A stretch of DNA of 64,000 nt, taken from assembly GCA_947474495.1 (NCBI GenBank), contig CANJIM010000005.1, positions 27 to 64,026 of the forward strand, in the 5' to 3' direction. This DNA is from Rhodospirillaceae bacterium (lineage in GTDB: Bacteria > Pseudomonadota > Alphaproteobacteria > SMXQ01). The translations under genes were made by a program, and so were the position numbers. The first letter of the stretch is position 1. Each line of letters starts with the position of its first letter. The notes under the pieces are model-generated. The model made no database searches. It was given only the letters and a program-made list of their open reading frames with translations, and was not told the DNA's origin. Shown here piece by piece: positions 62,870-64,000 of this stretch.

Positions 62870-63108
62870 TGAGGTGGGTTCATTGAGGTGGGCTTGTTCA
62901 TGGTTTACCCCAATGTAAGGGCTGAGCCGTCGGTCGGCCAGAAAAAGTGCCGCTCGCCGAAAGATCCTAAAATGCTGCCGATTAACCTGGCGTTGGGAAA
63001 GCGCGACGGATCATCCGGCGCCGACCGTATAATCTTCAAGTCGTCCCATGCGGGACGCTCAGTATGCACGAAGCGCCCTTGGGAGCGCTCAATTGCCGGA
63101 GCCGTTCG

Positions 63109-64000
63109 ATGCGATTGATCGCCGTCCCTCTGCTGCGTTCCATCATGGTCGCCCTGCTGCTGCTGGGAGCGACGCTGCAGGCTGCGCAAGCTCTGGAACC
63201 CGCCGACGCGCGCCATCTTCTGGCGCGCACCGGCTTCGGCGCGACGGCGGAGGAAGCCGCCGGTCTGGCACCGCTGACCCGCGCCCAAGCCGTCGATAAA
63301 ATTCTGGATGGCGTCCGCACCACGGCGATGACGCCGGGACCCGCTTGGCTCGAGGACAAGAAGCCGCCGTTTCCTGCGCTCGGCCAGTTGAACGCCGAAG
63401 ACCGCGCGGCGCAGCAGAAGCGGACCAACGAGCATGTCCAGCAGATCAAGGCCTGGTGGTATGACGAGATGCTCGCCACGCCGTCGCCTTTCACCGAACG
63501 CATGACGCTGTTCTGGCACAACCATTTCACCTCGTCGCTGCGCAAGACACGCTCGCCGGTGCTGCACTACCGCCAGAACGCCCTGCTGCGGCGCGAGAGT
63601 CTCGGTAATTTCGCCACCCTGCTGCGCGAGGTGTCGCGCGATCCGGTGATGCTCGATTATCTCGACAATCGCCTCAACCGTTGGGAAAAGCCCAATGAGA
63701 ACTTCGCCCGCGAACTGCTCGAACTGTTCACGCTCGGCGAAGGCCATTACACCGAGCAGGACATCAAGAACGCGGCACGCGCCTTCACCGGCTGGACGAC
63801 GACGCCCGACCGCGCCCGTTTTATCGACAATGTCAAAATTCACGATCCGGACAGCAAGACCTTCCTCGACCGCAATGGCCGCTTCGATGGCGACGACATT
63901 CTGAAGATCATCCTGCAGCAGCCGCGCACCGCCGAATTCATCACCGAGAAGCTGTGGCGCGAATTCGTCTCGCCGACGCCCGACGCGGCGGAGGTCAAGC
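63109..64000 (+). CDS. DUF1800-family exported protein, 3' end outside the window
   Basis: It is absent from the ORF track because it has no stop codon inside the window. My translation from the ATG at 63109 reads MRLIAVPLLRSIMVALLLLGATLQAAQA...LLARTGFGAT...MTLFWHNHFTSS...ELLELFTLGEGHYTEQDIKNAARAFTGW, which are typical DUF1800 blocks. Confidence 0.75.
   Translation, partial: MRLIAVPLLRSIMVALLLLGATLQAAQALEPADARHLLARTGFGATAEEAAGLAPLTRAQAVDKILDGVRTTAMTPGPAWLEDKKPPFPALGQLNAEDRAAQQKRTNEHVQQIKAWWYDEMLATPSPFTERMTLFWHNHFTSSLRKTRSPVLHYRQNALLRRESLGNFATLLREVSRDPVMLDYLDNRLNRWEKPNENFARELLELFTLGEGHYTEQDIKNAARAFTGWTTTPDRARFIDNVKIHDPDSKTFLDRNGRFDGDDILKIILQQPRTAEFITEKLWREFVSPTPDAAEVK

Noticed and set aside
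60203-62872. ORFs 60203-61177 (+) and 61418-62872 (+) opposite the DinG-like helicase
   Set aside because: The helicase frame carries Walker A and DEGH motifs. The plus-strand ORFs are Arg/Gly-rich with no recognisable domains.
1-64000. Search for CRISPR arrays, tRNA/rRNA genes, IS elements, integrases, prophage genes or toxin-antitoxin/defence genes
   Set aside because: I saw no regularly spaced repeats, no cloverleaf-like or rRNA-like segments in the spacers longer than 200 bp, and no transposase, integrase or phage-like ORFs. The absence is by eye only and should be confirmed with tRNAscan, Infernal, ISfinder and a defence-system finder.

Overview
High-GC (about 63-66% by eye) proteobacterial chromosome segment. 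Gene content suggests an alphaproteobacterium, possibly Hyphomicrobiales, but this is unverified. I found no rRNA, tRNA, CRISPR array, transposase or integrase. Roughly 1-51 kb is an accessory block dominated by aromatic/organic-acid catabolism. It holds two Rieske oxygenases, a LigB-type extradiol dioxygenase, cupins and bicupins, two 2OG-Fe(II) oxygenases, VOC proteins, a UbiD decarboxylase, three tandem RraA/HMG-aldolase-like genes, six orphan Bug/TctC-type solute-binding proteins and a TAXI-TRAP transporter. A lower-GC sensory block at about 28.4-33.8 kb interrupts it (MCP + BLUF, GAF kinase + NikR). From about 52 kb the genes look like core genome (ctaA, siroheme reductase locus, DinG-like helicase, DUF1800). 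The observations most worth follow-up are: (1) a nitrite/sulfite-reductase-family protein with the full cluster-ligand cysteine pattern in both half-domains, next to a 1171-aa GltD/NfnB-PyrK/NfnA-like fusion flavoprotein and a group III truncated haemoglobin; (2) an orphan pathway at 37-52 kb with a split three-component Rieske system, whose three transcription units share an AT-rich palindromic operator (consensus TTAGATATCTAA); (3) an MCP with a BLUF gene starting 2 nt after its stop codon; (4) a translationally coupled ATP-grasp ligase / HExxH metallopeptidase pair; (5) three tandem RraA-fold paralogues; (6) a LysR regulator with a duplicated HTH domain. All functions come from motif and family recognition by eye; no database search was run. 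Start codons are best guesses from Shine-Dalgarno context.
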